DNA of 64,000 nucleotides, from NCBI GenBank assembly GCA_036679605.1, contig JAZDCZ010000386.1, positions 66,311-130,310 on the forward strand. The letters are read 5' to 3'. Source of the stretch: Gemmatimonadota bacterium. GTDB taxonomy: Bacteria; Gemmatimonadota; Gemmatimonadetes; Gemmatimonadales; GWC2-71-9. Every line of letters begins with the position of its first letter. Positions within the stretch are counted from its first letter, which is position 1. The position numbers and the translations under genes were made by a program. Positions 18,888 through 26,447 of the stretch are shown here, piece after piece. Under the pieces are notes generated by a model, which was given only the letters and a program-made list of their open reading frames with translations, ran no database searches and was not told the origin of the DNA.

Positions 18888-20320
18888 GTGTGCTCACCTC
18901 GGCGCAGAATGAGGCTCATGCCAGTGCCAACGGCTATGGTGACCAATGTGCCGAGTGGCACGTACCATGGCCAGGCGAGGTTTGCGAATCCGGGCGGTTT
19001 AACAAACACGACCACGAGCATGGTTGCAGTCGCGACGGCGATCGCGGTGATCGCATCCACTTGCTTTGCACCACTTACGATGCCGCCCAAGATATAGGTG
19101 CCCAGCAGCGATCCGTAAGTAATCGAGGCGATAGAAAGTGCGAGAACTACGACGGGTTGGTCCGTGGACCGGAACGATAGCGCTCCGATCCCAAGAATCA
19201 CGGCCCACGCCAGCGTGGCCCAGCGGCCAACCCTGAGGAGGTGACTTGGGTCATTGCTGCGGGTGATCGGGGCGTAAAAGTCGTGAGTGGTAGCAGATGC
19301 CAGTGCGTTCAGCGACGAACTGACTGTGCTCATGGCGGCTGCAAGCAGACCGGCGACGACCAACCCCGTGAGACCGATCGGGAGATGGTCGACGACAAAC
19401 GTAGGGAAGAGTCGGTCACTTGAGATCGTACCGTTGTCGGCGCCGGCTGCCCATAGAAATGTCCCAACCAGCAGGAATATTGCGAACTGCAAGATTACCA
19501 GCACTCCCGATCCAATGAGTGCTCGTCGCGCATCTCCCAGATTCCTGGTTGCCAGTAATCTCTGCACTATGAGGTGGTCAGTGCCGTGTGACGCCGCCGA
19601 CAAGAGCGCCCCGCCCACCACGCCCCCGGCAAGAGTGTACGTAGTTGAAAACGACCATTCGAAGTTCAGCGTTCGGAGCTTGCCGGCCTCACTTGCGGCC
19701 GACAGCACCGTGCCGATTCCACCGGCCAGTTTAGCAGCCACGATGATCGCTGCGAGACCTGCGACGGCATAGAGCCCCATCTGTACTACGTCCACCCACA
19801 CAACGGCCTTGATACCTCCGGCCCAAGTGTACGCTACAGTTGCTCCTACCACCACCATGACGCTTAGCGGGATCGACCAGCCCGTCACGATCGTAAGCGG
19901 GATGGCGGTTGCGAACACACGAACGCTGTCACCCAAGGCTCGTATCGACATGAACACAGCGGATGCGGTTTTCCGGGTGGCCAGACCGAAGCGGTGTTCG
20001 AGCCGCTCGTATGCTGTCTGTTGTTCACCCCGGAAATATCCTGGGAGGAGCCATATGGAAACACCGATCCGACCGACCAGATAACCCAAAGGCAGCTGAA
20101 GAAAGGTGAGATCGCCGCGCGCGCCGACGCCGGGGATGGAAATGACTGTGAGTGCGGAGGTCTCGGTCGCGACGATCGATAGCATCACGGCCCACCAGGG
20201 TAGACGGTGGCCTCCAAGGAAATATTCTGCGTCGTTGGTTTGGGTGCGCGCAAAATGTACGCCGATCGCGATGACGAGTGCGAAGTAGAACCCCATCACA
20301 GCGAAGTCGATCGATGTCAT
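18884..20320 (-). CDS. Sodium:solute symporter (SSS) family transporter
   Basis: 478 aa with ~13 TM segments. The N-terminal DAEYFLGGHRLPWWAVMLSIVATETSALTVISIPG block is typical of SSS. Confidence 0.85.
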   Translation of the reverse strand: MTSIDFAVMGFYFALVIAIGVHFARTQTNDAEYFLGGHRLPWWAVMLSIVATETSALTVISIPGVGARGDLTFLQLPLGYLVGRIGVSIWLLPGYFRGEQQTAYERLEHRFGLATRKTASAVFMSIRALGDSVRVFATAIPLTIVTGWSIPLSVMVVVGATVAYTWAGGIKAVVWVDVVQMGLYAVAGLAAIIVAAKLAGGIGTVLSAASEAGKLRTLNFEWSFSTTYTLAGGVVGGALLSAASHGTDHLIVQRLLATRNLGDARRALIGSGVLVILQFAIFLLVGTFLWAAGADNGTISSDRLFPTFVVDHLPIGLTGLVVAGLLAAAMSTVSSSLNALASATTHDFYAPITRSNDPSHLLRVGRWATLAWAVILGIGALSFRSTDQPVVVLALSIASITYGSLLGTYILGGIVSGAKQVDAITAIAVATATMLVVVFVKPPGFANLAWPWYVPLGTLVTIAVGTGMSLILRRGEHT

Positions 20321-20357
20321 GGTTGCTTAGGGGTGTTCTGAAGAGGGTAAACAGCAA

Positions 20358-20385
20358 CGGGGCCCGCTTCCTGCCGCGGGCCCCG
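20358..20385 (-). terminator. GC-rich hairpin downstream of erpA (possible terminator or attenuator)
   Basis: CGGGGCCCGC / GCGGGCCCCG form a perfect 10-bp stem with an 8-nt loop, 30 nt after the erpA stop. The downstream T tract on the minus strand is weak (GTTGCTGTTTA). Confidence 0.45.
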
Positions 20386-20414
20386 TTTGATGTTCTGAGT
20401 TGCTCAAATGAATG

Positions 20415-20777
20415 CTAGGCAGAGAATGACTCACCGCATCCGCACCCGCCGCTAGCGTTGGGATTGTTAAACGTGAAGCCAGACTGCTGCATCGTCGAGA
20501 CGAAATCGATCGTGGTTCCCTGCAGATACTGTCCGCTAAACGCATCGACGAAAATCCGCAGGTCATCCTGCTGCACTATGAGATCGTCGTCCAGCGGACG
20601 CTCTTCTATATTCAGTCCGTACTTGAATCCCGAACACCCGCCCGGCAGTACGGAAACACGGAGTCCCGCAGTCTCGACCGGCACATCCTCTTGCTCTATG
20701 AATTGCCTTACCTGCTCGACCGCGGACACAGTCAAACTGACATCGACGGTTGTCTCGGGTCGTTGAGTTGTACTCAT
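20415..20777 (-). CDS. erpA: HesB/IscA-family iron-sulfur cluster insertion protein
   Basis: GCSGFKYGLNIEE and the C-terminal NPNASGGCGCGESFSA are diagnostic of A-type carriers. Confidence 0.92.
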   Translation of the reverse strand: MSTTQRPETTVDVSLTVSAVEQVRQFIEQEDVPVETAGLRVSVLPGGCSGFKYGLNIEERPLDDDLIVQQDDLRIFVDAFSGQYLQGTTIDFVSTMQQSGFTFNNPNASGGCGCGESFSA

Positions 20778-20802
20778 TCACACACCTCCGGTTGGACCAC
20801 GC

Positions 20803-20831
20803 AACTTAGAATACTAGAGGCCAACTGTCAA
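20803..20831 (-). promoter_or_regulatory. Candidate sigma70-like promoter for erpA
   Basis: On the minus strand, TTGACA (20831-20826), a 17-nt spacer and TAAGTT (20808-20803) are followed by a GGAGG RBS before the erpA ATG. The consensus for this phylum is unknown. Confidence 0.3.
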
Positions 20832-20927
20832 CGCCGCGATTCCATAACATGTTGTCTTGCAAGGTGTTACACGTGCGCCCCTACCGTGTGGTGGCTGAGT
20901 CGCCCGACTCGGGCCGAAACGGCTTGG

Positions 20928-22709
20928 TCACTGGCGCCTCAACGTCACTCCGAACCCCCGCGGGTACTCTGTGGAAAGCGTGATTGGAAGGTGCCCGGAA
21001 ATTGGCGCACCTCCGGCTATTGCTCTTCCGGATGCCCTTTCCGTTGAGGGGAAGTCACTCCACGCTATGAGGTAGGCGCCGGCGAATCCTGGTAACTGAT
21101 TCAAGAGGTACGGGCTCCCAAGTGAGAGGAGCAACGTCGGTTTCGCACGGCCCGTGGCTTGGATGAGGCCGGCAAGCGAGTCGGGCATCTGAACGTGTCC
21201 TCGACCGACAATGAAGCGCACGCCGGTTGCGAAAACGACTCGTGGGTTGTCGGCAATGATAACGCGCGCTGAGTCGTAAGAGAGCGACCCCGACGCCGGG
21301 TAAAGGCGGAAAGCATTGACCGTATCTCCGAAGCCCCTCAGCTGTCGAATCAGTTCGTTTCCCACAGTGAGATTTGTCTCTTCTGCATAGAGAATGACCG
21401 CCGTTCTTCCGCGCTCGCTGCGGAAATGTTGCATGGGGCCGGCGATCACCAGGGTGAGAGCTCGGGCTGCAATGTCGTCGGCGGCGTTCTGAAAGGCTTG
21501 CTTACCGATGATGTCGGGAATGCTCTCCAGTGCCACGCTGCGGTTCTGGAGGAGCCCCGCGTCGATCTTGAGTTGCAGGATCCGCCTCACCGACCGATCC
21601 AATCGTTGGGCAGTGATGCGTCCGGCGCTCACCGCCTGCACCATAGCCTCGACCGCGGTGGCCGGATCAGGGGGGATGAGGAGAAGATCGCTTCCTGCGA
21701 GGAATGCCTTTACCACCGTCTCACCAGGGCCGTATTTGCTAACGATGGCACCCATGGTGAGTGCATCTGTTACGACAAGACCATCGAAGCCCAGTGAATC
21801 ACGGAGTATCTCGTCCATGATTCTTGACGACATGGTTGCCGGCGGAGCGTCTGCGCCTCCGTCAATACATGGCATGGCTATGTGCGCGGTCATGATGGCG
21901 GTCACTCCCGCTGTGACAGCGGCGCGAAACGGAACCAGCTCCAGCGAGTCTAGTCGGTTCCAGCAGGCGCGCACCACGGGCATGCCGATGTGTGAATCAC
22001 TCTCGGTGTCGCCGTGTCCCGGAAAGTGCTTGGCGGTGGTGTACAAGCCGTTGTCACGGGCGCCGCTTATGTACGCGGCGATCAATGTGGCCACGGAACG
22101 TGGATCCTCGCCGAACGATCGCGTGTTTATGATAGGGTTGTTGGGGTTGTTGTTGACGTCGGCGACAGGGGAAAAGGTCATGTGTATTCCGGCGGCACGA
22201 GCTTCCAGTGCGGTAACACGTCCGAGTTCGTAGGCGTCACGAGGGTCGCCGGTGGCGCCTATGGCCATGGCCATAGGAAATGAGGTGCCGCCAACGAGGC
22301 GCATCCCGGATCCCCACTCCAGGTCTGCCGCGATCAGAAGCGGTAGCCTCGATCTCTGCTGCAATTCATTCAGCTTGGCTGCGGCGTCGAGCGGAGACCC
22401 GACCGAAATAATGATCCCTCCCAATTCGAGCGAATCGATCCAGTGGGCCGCGTTTTCGAAGTCGTCCGTGTCGAACGCTGTGTAATTGCCGAGCAACCAC
22501 GGCATGATGAGTTGAGCTACCTTTTGTCGAGTCGAGAGCGTTCCGAGGATGGAATCAGCTGATAATCTTGGCGTTGGCATTGGGACGACCACGGGCGATG
22601 TGACTGGTACCGGGTCAGGGATCAGCGCGGGAGTTTCTGCTGCTTGGTGGCCACAGGATGCTCCCAAACTGACGACACTCAAGAATGCGATTGCGGGGAT
22701 ATGGCGCAT
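20928..22709 (-). CDS. nagZ: Glycoside hydrolase family 3 beta-N-acetylhexosaminidase (NagZ-like), lipoprotein, with a C-terminal domain
   Basis: It has a lipoprotein-like signal (AFLSVVSLGASCG) and GH3 motifs GGIIISVG, AADLEWG and KHFPGHGDTESDSH. Confidence 0.85.
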   Translation of the reverse strand: MRHIPAIAFLSVVSLGASCGHQAAETPALIPDPVPVTSPVVVPMPTPRLSADSILGTLSTRQKVAQLIMPWLLGNYTAFDTDDFENAAHWIDSLELGGIIISVGSPLDAAAKLNELQQRSRLPLLIAADLEWGSGMRLVGGTSFPMAMAIGATGDPRDAYELGRVTALEARAAGIHMTFSPVADVNNNPNNPIINTRSFGEDPRSVATLIAAYISGARDNGLYTTAKHFPGHGDTESDSHIGMPVVRACWNRLDSLELVPFRAAVTAGVTAIMTAHIAMPCIDGGADAPPATMSSRIMDEILRDSLGFDGLVVTDALTMGAIVSKYGPGETVVKAFLAGSDLLLIPPDPATAVEAMVQAVSAGRITAQRLDRSVRRILQLKIDAGLLQNRSVALESIPDIIGKQAFQNAADDIAARALTLVIAGPMQHFRSERGRTAVILYAEETNLTVGNELIRQLRGFGDTVNAFRLYPASGSLSYDSARVIIADNPRVVFATGVRFIVGRGHVQMPDSLAGLIQATGRAKPTLLLSLGSPYLLNQLPGFAGAYLIAWSDFPSTERASGRAIAGGAPISGHLPITLSTEYPRGFGVTLRRQ

Positions 22710-23921
22710 AGATCTAGATCCTTCGTCCTGATGCTTTGGTTGCTCTTTTCATGTCGGGCACCTCAACCGGCCAGTGATACCGAGGTACGACCAGGCATCG
22801 ACGTTCTGCTCACAGATTCGGTGCATCTTGTAGCCGATCGGAGTGTCGGTCTCCTCACCAACCAAACGGGCGTTGACCAGTTCGAAGTCAGTGACATCGA
22901 TCGCCTGCTTCAGGCCAACGTAGAACTTACCGCGATCTTCAGTCCGGAGCATGGATTCGGTGGTGAACTCGACCAAGAAGGTATTGGCCATGCCACGGAT
23001 TCTGCCACGGGACTGCCAATCTATAGCCTCTACGGCGAGCACCGTGCGCCCACCCGGGAGATGCTAGCAGGGATCGAGGTCCTGCTGATCGATCTCCAAG
23101 ATATCGGTGCAAGACCATACACCTATGCTTCTACGACGTTGCTGGCGATGGGATCAGCCGCGAGGGCGAACATTCCGGTCGTTATTCTCGATCGGCCCAA
23201 TCCGATCGGTGGCGAACTCATGCAGGGACCGGTGTTGATGACCGAGTTTGCGTCTTTCGTCGGCATGCTGGCACTTCCCCTGCGGCATGGTATGACCATC
23301 GGGGAGCTGGCGTTGCTTGGAAACGCCGAGTTGGGCCTTGGCGCTCAGCTGGCGGTTGTGCCCGCTGCGGGGTGGCGGAGGGATCGCTGGTTCGATAGCA
23401 CGTCCTTGCCATGGCTGAGGCCGTCTCCCAACATGCCCGATCTGGAGAGCGCGAGTCACTACCCGGGTCTGGTACTCTTTGAGGGCACCAACCTGTCGGT
23501 CGGGCGAGGGACACCGATTGCTTTTCAAGTGGTAGCTGCCCCGTGGTTGGACGCACCGGACCTGGCAAGTCGGCTGGAGGGACAGCCCGGCGTGGTGGTG
23601 TCGGACACTCTGGTGATTCCGAGAGCGCCTAGCGATGGGAAATACGCTGACCACTTGCTCCCGGCGATTAGACTGCATGTGTCTGACCGCAATTTGTACA
23701 ATCCTGTGCGGCTGGCGCTCGAGGTTCTGGTCTTATTGCGAGAATCCTACCCAGATTCCTTTGAGGTGCGGAATGAGGCATACTTCAACGCCCGGGCCGG
23801 CTACGATTCGCTGTGGATCCAGATCCGCGATGGCCGGCACTCGGCAGAAATCTGGCGATCGTGGCGGGAACCCCTGGCCGAATTTGCTAGGCGAAGGGGT
23901 CCTTACCTGCTTTACCACTGA
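22701..23921 (+). CDS. namZ: DUF1343 family protein (exo-beta-N-acetylmuramidase NamZ-like), lipoprotein
   Basis: LLTNQTGVD, FSPEHGF and LIDLQDIGARPYTYASTLL are DUF1343 hallmarks. The signal has a lipobox (LLFSC). The track ORF starts at 22644; ATG 22701 or 22731 is more plausible. Confidence 0.8.
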   Translation: MAHRSRSFVLMLWLLFSCRAPQPASDTEVRPGIDVLLTDSVHLVADRSVGLLTNQTGVDQFEVSDIDRLLQANVELTAIFSPEHGFGGELDQEGIGHATDSATGLPIYSLYGEHRAPTREMLAGIEVLLIDLQDIGARPYTYASTTLLAMGSAARANIPVVILDRPNPIGGELMQGPVLMTEFASFVGMLALPLRHGMTIGELALLGNAELGLGAQLAVVPAAGWRRDRWFDSTSLPWLRPSPNMPDLESASHYPGLVLFEGTNLSVGRGTPIAFQVVAAPWLDAPDLASRLEGQPGVVVSDTLVIPRAPSDGKYADHLLPAIRLHVSDRNLYNPVRLALEVLVLLRESYPDSFEVRNEAYFNARAGYDSLWIQIRDGRHSAEIWRSWREPLAEFARRRGPYLLYH

Positions 23922-23948
23922 CATTTTGGCGGTTCGGAAAGGTCGAGA

Positions 23949-23977
23949 TTGCCGCAGTGCCAAGGCTCAATTATAGT
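23949..23977 (+). promoter_or_regulatory. Candidate sigma70-like promoter for the inositol-lipid gene pair
   Basis: TTGCCG (23949-23954), a 17-nt spacer and TATAGT (23972-23977) sit ~22 nt upstream of ATG 24000. Confidence 0.3.
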
Positions 23978-23999
23978 TAGCGGTTCCCCGCATGAGTAA

Positions 24000-24704
24000 A
24001 TGTTGCTGAGACAGAGTTCCTTGCGAAAGGGCTTCGAGGCCCTTTTGAGCCCGTTCGTCGAATGGCTGATCGCCAGGCGAGTCCATCCCAATGCACTCAC
24101 TACTGTTGGCACGCTCATCTTGGTGGGTGCTTCGGTCGCATTCGGAACTGGTTGGGTAAGGCTGGGTGGCACACTTCTGTTGGTCAGTGGCGTGTTCGAT
24201 ATGTTGGACGGTCGGGTGGCCAGAGCGGGAGGTGCAGAGACCAAGTTCGGGGCGTTTTACGATTCGACTCTAGATCGAATTGGAGATGCCTTTCTGTATG
24301 GCGGCATATCGCTGTATTTCGTCTCTGGGGCGGTACCGGCTTGGCTCGTGGCACCGGGCATTGTGGTGGGCTTGGTGGCATTGGCTGCATCGCTAATCGT
24401 CTCGTACGCTCGGGCCCGGGCCGAGGGACTCGGGTTGGAATGCAAGGTCGGAATCGCTCAACGCGCCGAGCGTGTATTGCTCCTTGGGGTGCCATCGCTG
24501 TTTTTCGGGGCTGGAGCCCAAAGCATCCTGTTGTTCTCGATAGTATTTCTGCTGGCTCTGACGTCGACGGTAACCGTGGTGCAGCGTATTCGTCACGTTT
24601 ACAAGATCACGCGGAGAACGGCACGCAACACACAAGTTCGCCACGCCCCACCGGCGTTGGCGGAGTTCACTGGGAAAGGAAGAGGTAGTGACCGATTCAA
24701 CTAA
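24000..24704 (+). CDS. CDP-alcohol phosphatidyltransferase (phosphatidylinositol-phosphate synthase-like)
   Basis: The full CDP-OH_P_transf motif D-x2-DG-x2-AR-x8-G-x3-D-x3-D is present as FDMLDGRVARAGGAETKFGAFYDSTLDRIGD. The protein is polytopic. Its partner gene is MIPS. Confidence 0.85.
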   Translation: MLLRQSSLRKGFEALLSPFVEWLIARRVHPNALTTVGTLILVGASVAFGTGWVRLGGTLLLVSGVFDMLDGRVARAGGAETKFGAFYDSTLDRIGDAFLYGGISLYFVSGAVPAWLVAPGIVVGLVALAASLIVSYARARAEGLGLECKVGIAQRAERVLLLGVPSLFFGAGAQSILLFSIVFLLALTSTVTVVQRIRHVYKITRRTARNTQVRHAPPALAEFTGKGRGSDRFN

Positions 24705-26019
24705 GAGATCTGTAGCACCTCCGGAGGGGAAACTCGGTGTTCTCCTGGTCGGTCTCGGTGCTGTTGCCACTACGTATGTGGCTGGTGTTGAGAACGTTCG
24801 AAGGGGAACCGGCAAGCCGGTAGGGTCGTTGGCGGAGATGGCTACGATCCGTCTCGGGAAACGCACAGAGGGAAGGGCTCCGCGCATCCGGGAATTTGTG
24901 CCACTTCCCGGATTGAACGATCTCGTTTTTGGAGCATGGGATCCGATTCCAGATGACGGATACGAATCGGCAAAGGTGGCGGGGGTGCTCGAGACACGCC
25001 ATGTGGAGCCGATTGCTGAGTTTCTGAAGGGGATCAGGCCGATGCCTGCGGTGTTCGATCAGAGTTATGTGAAGCGACTCTCGGGAACGAACGTTAAGCA
25101 GGGTAAGAACAAGCGGGAGTTGGCGGAGCAGATCCGGGAAGACGTGCGATCGTTCAAGAAGGAACATGGCTGCAACCGGCTCGTCATGGTTTGGTGTGCT
25201 TCCACTGAGATATTTCTGCGCCCGGGGCCGGCACACGAATCGGTGGAAGCGTTTGAAAAGGCGATGGATGAGAGCGATCCGGCAATCGCACCGTCTATGC
25301 TGTATGCGTGGGCCAGCATTATGGAGGGCGTTCCGTTCGCCAATGGCGCTCCCAATCTGTCTGTTGATGCACCGGCCCTCCAACAGCTTGCCGAGGACCG
25401 CGGTGTTCCCATTATGGGCAAGGACTTCAAGACCGGTCAGACGATGGTGAAGACCGTGGTGTCGCCGATGTTTAAGGCGCGGATGCTGGGTCTTTCGGGG
25501 TGGTATTCGACGAACATTCTAGGGAATCGCGACGGCGAGATTCTGGACGATCCGGAATCGTTCAAGACAAAGGAAGAGTCGAAGCTCGGAGTGCTGGAAC
25601 ATATTCTGCAACCGGAGACCTACCCCGATCTCTATAGCGACATCTACCACAAAGTTACGATCAACTACTATCCGCCTCGGGGAGACAACAAAGAAGGTTG
25701 GGACAACATCGACTTTTTTGGCTGGCTCGAATACCCGATGCAGATCAAGATAGACTTCCTGTGTCGTGATTCGATTCTGGCGGCGCCTTTGTTGCATGAT
25801 CTAGCTCTCTTTATGGACCTTGCGCACCGGGCCGGCCTGTCGGGTATTCAGGAATGGCTGTCGTTCTATTTCAAGAGCCCCATGGCTGCGCAGGGATTGA
25901 TCCCTGAGAACGATCTCTTCATCCAGCACACCAAGCTCAAGAACACGCTCCGTTGGCTGATGGGCGAGGAGCAGATTACGCATCTGGGAGTGGAGTACTA
26001 CGAGTACGAGAAGGCGTGA
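24688..26019 (+). CDS. ino1: myo-Inositol-1-phosphate synthase (inositol-3-phosphate synthase)
   Basis: 443 aa with an N-terminal Rossmann motif (KLGVLLVGLGAVATT) and the blocks FANGAPNL and GKDFKTGQTMVKTVVSPMFKARMLGLSGWYSTNILGNRDG, characteristic of MIPS. The GTG start overlaps the upstream gene by 17 nt. Confidence 0.9.
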   Translation: MTDSTKRSVAPPEGKLGVLLVGLGAVATTYVAGVENVRRGTGKPVGSLAEMATIRLGKRTEGRAPRIREFVPLPGLNDLVFGAWDPIPDDGYESAKVAGVLETRHVEPIAEFLKGIRPMPAVFDQSYVKRLSGTNVKQGKNKRELAEQIREDVRSFKKEHGCNRLVMVWCASTEIFLRPGPAHESVEAFEKAMDESDPAIAPSMLYAWASIMEGVPFANGAPNLSVDAPALQQLAEDRGVPIMGKDFKTGQTMVKTVVSPMFKARMLGLSGWYSTNILGNRDGEILDDPESFKTKEESKLGVLEHILQPETYPDLYSDIYHKVTINYYPPRGDNKEGWDNIDFFGWLEYPMQIKIDFLCRDSILAAPLLHDLALFMDLAHRAGLSGIQEWLSFYFKSPMAAQGLIPENDLFIQHTKLKNTLRWLMGEEQITHLGVEYYEYEKA

Positions 26020-26447
26020 GTCCAGTCGATGCCGTTGTTGTTGCGCTGGGAATCGCGCTGATCGGGGGGGAACTCTGGTTTTTCCTCGGTTCTAGAAAGA
26101 GTGTCTCCGAACCGAAGAGAACCGGCATCGGGGTCCAGGAAATAAAGATCTTGGTAAGGGACGGTTACCATCCCGAGACCATTCCCGTGGAAGTGGGACG
26201 GCCGGTGCGGTTGCTGTTCTACCGAGATGAGCGCGTGGATTGCTCAAACAGGCTGATTGTCGAGGATTTCGGAATCGACCTGGAGCTTCCCGAGTTTGAG
26301 ACCACAGCAGTGGAGTTTACTCCTGAGAAAGCAGGCGATTATCCGTTCCACTGCGGATTATCGGTGATGCGTGGACGGGTGGTGGCGCAAGTGGGCCGCG
26401 AAAGCGCCAGATCAAATCTTGGTAAGGGGCATGCGAAGCATGGGTAG
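26016..26447 (+). CDS. Membrane-anchored cupredoxin-like domain protein
   Basis: An N-terminal TM helix ([19 protein letters not shown]) precedes a beta-sandwich-like domain ending in [14 protein letters not shown] (His/Cys/Met copper-ligand-like spacing). GTG 26016 overlaps the MIPS stop (GTGA). The track ORF begins at 25953. Confidence 0.7.
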   Translation: MSPVDAVVVALGIALIGGELWFFLGSRKSVSEPKRTGIGVQEIKILVRDGYHPETIPVEVGRPVRLLFYRDERVDCSNRLIVEDFGIDLELPEFETTAVEFTPEKAGDYPFHCGLSVMRGRVVAQVGRESARSNLGKGHAKHG

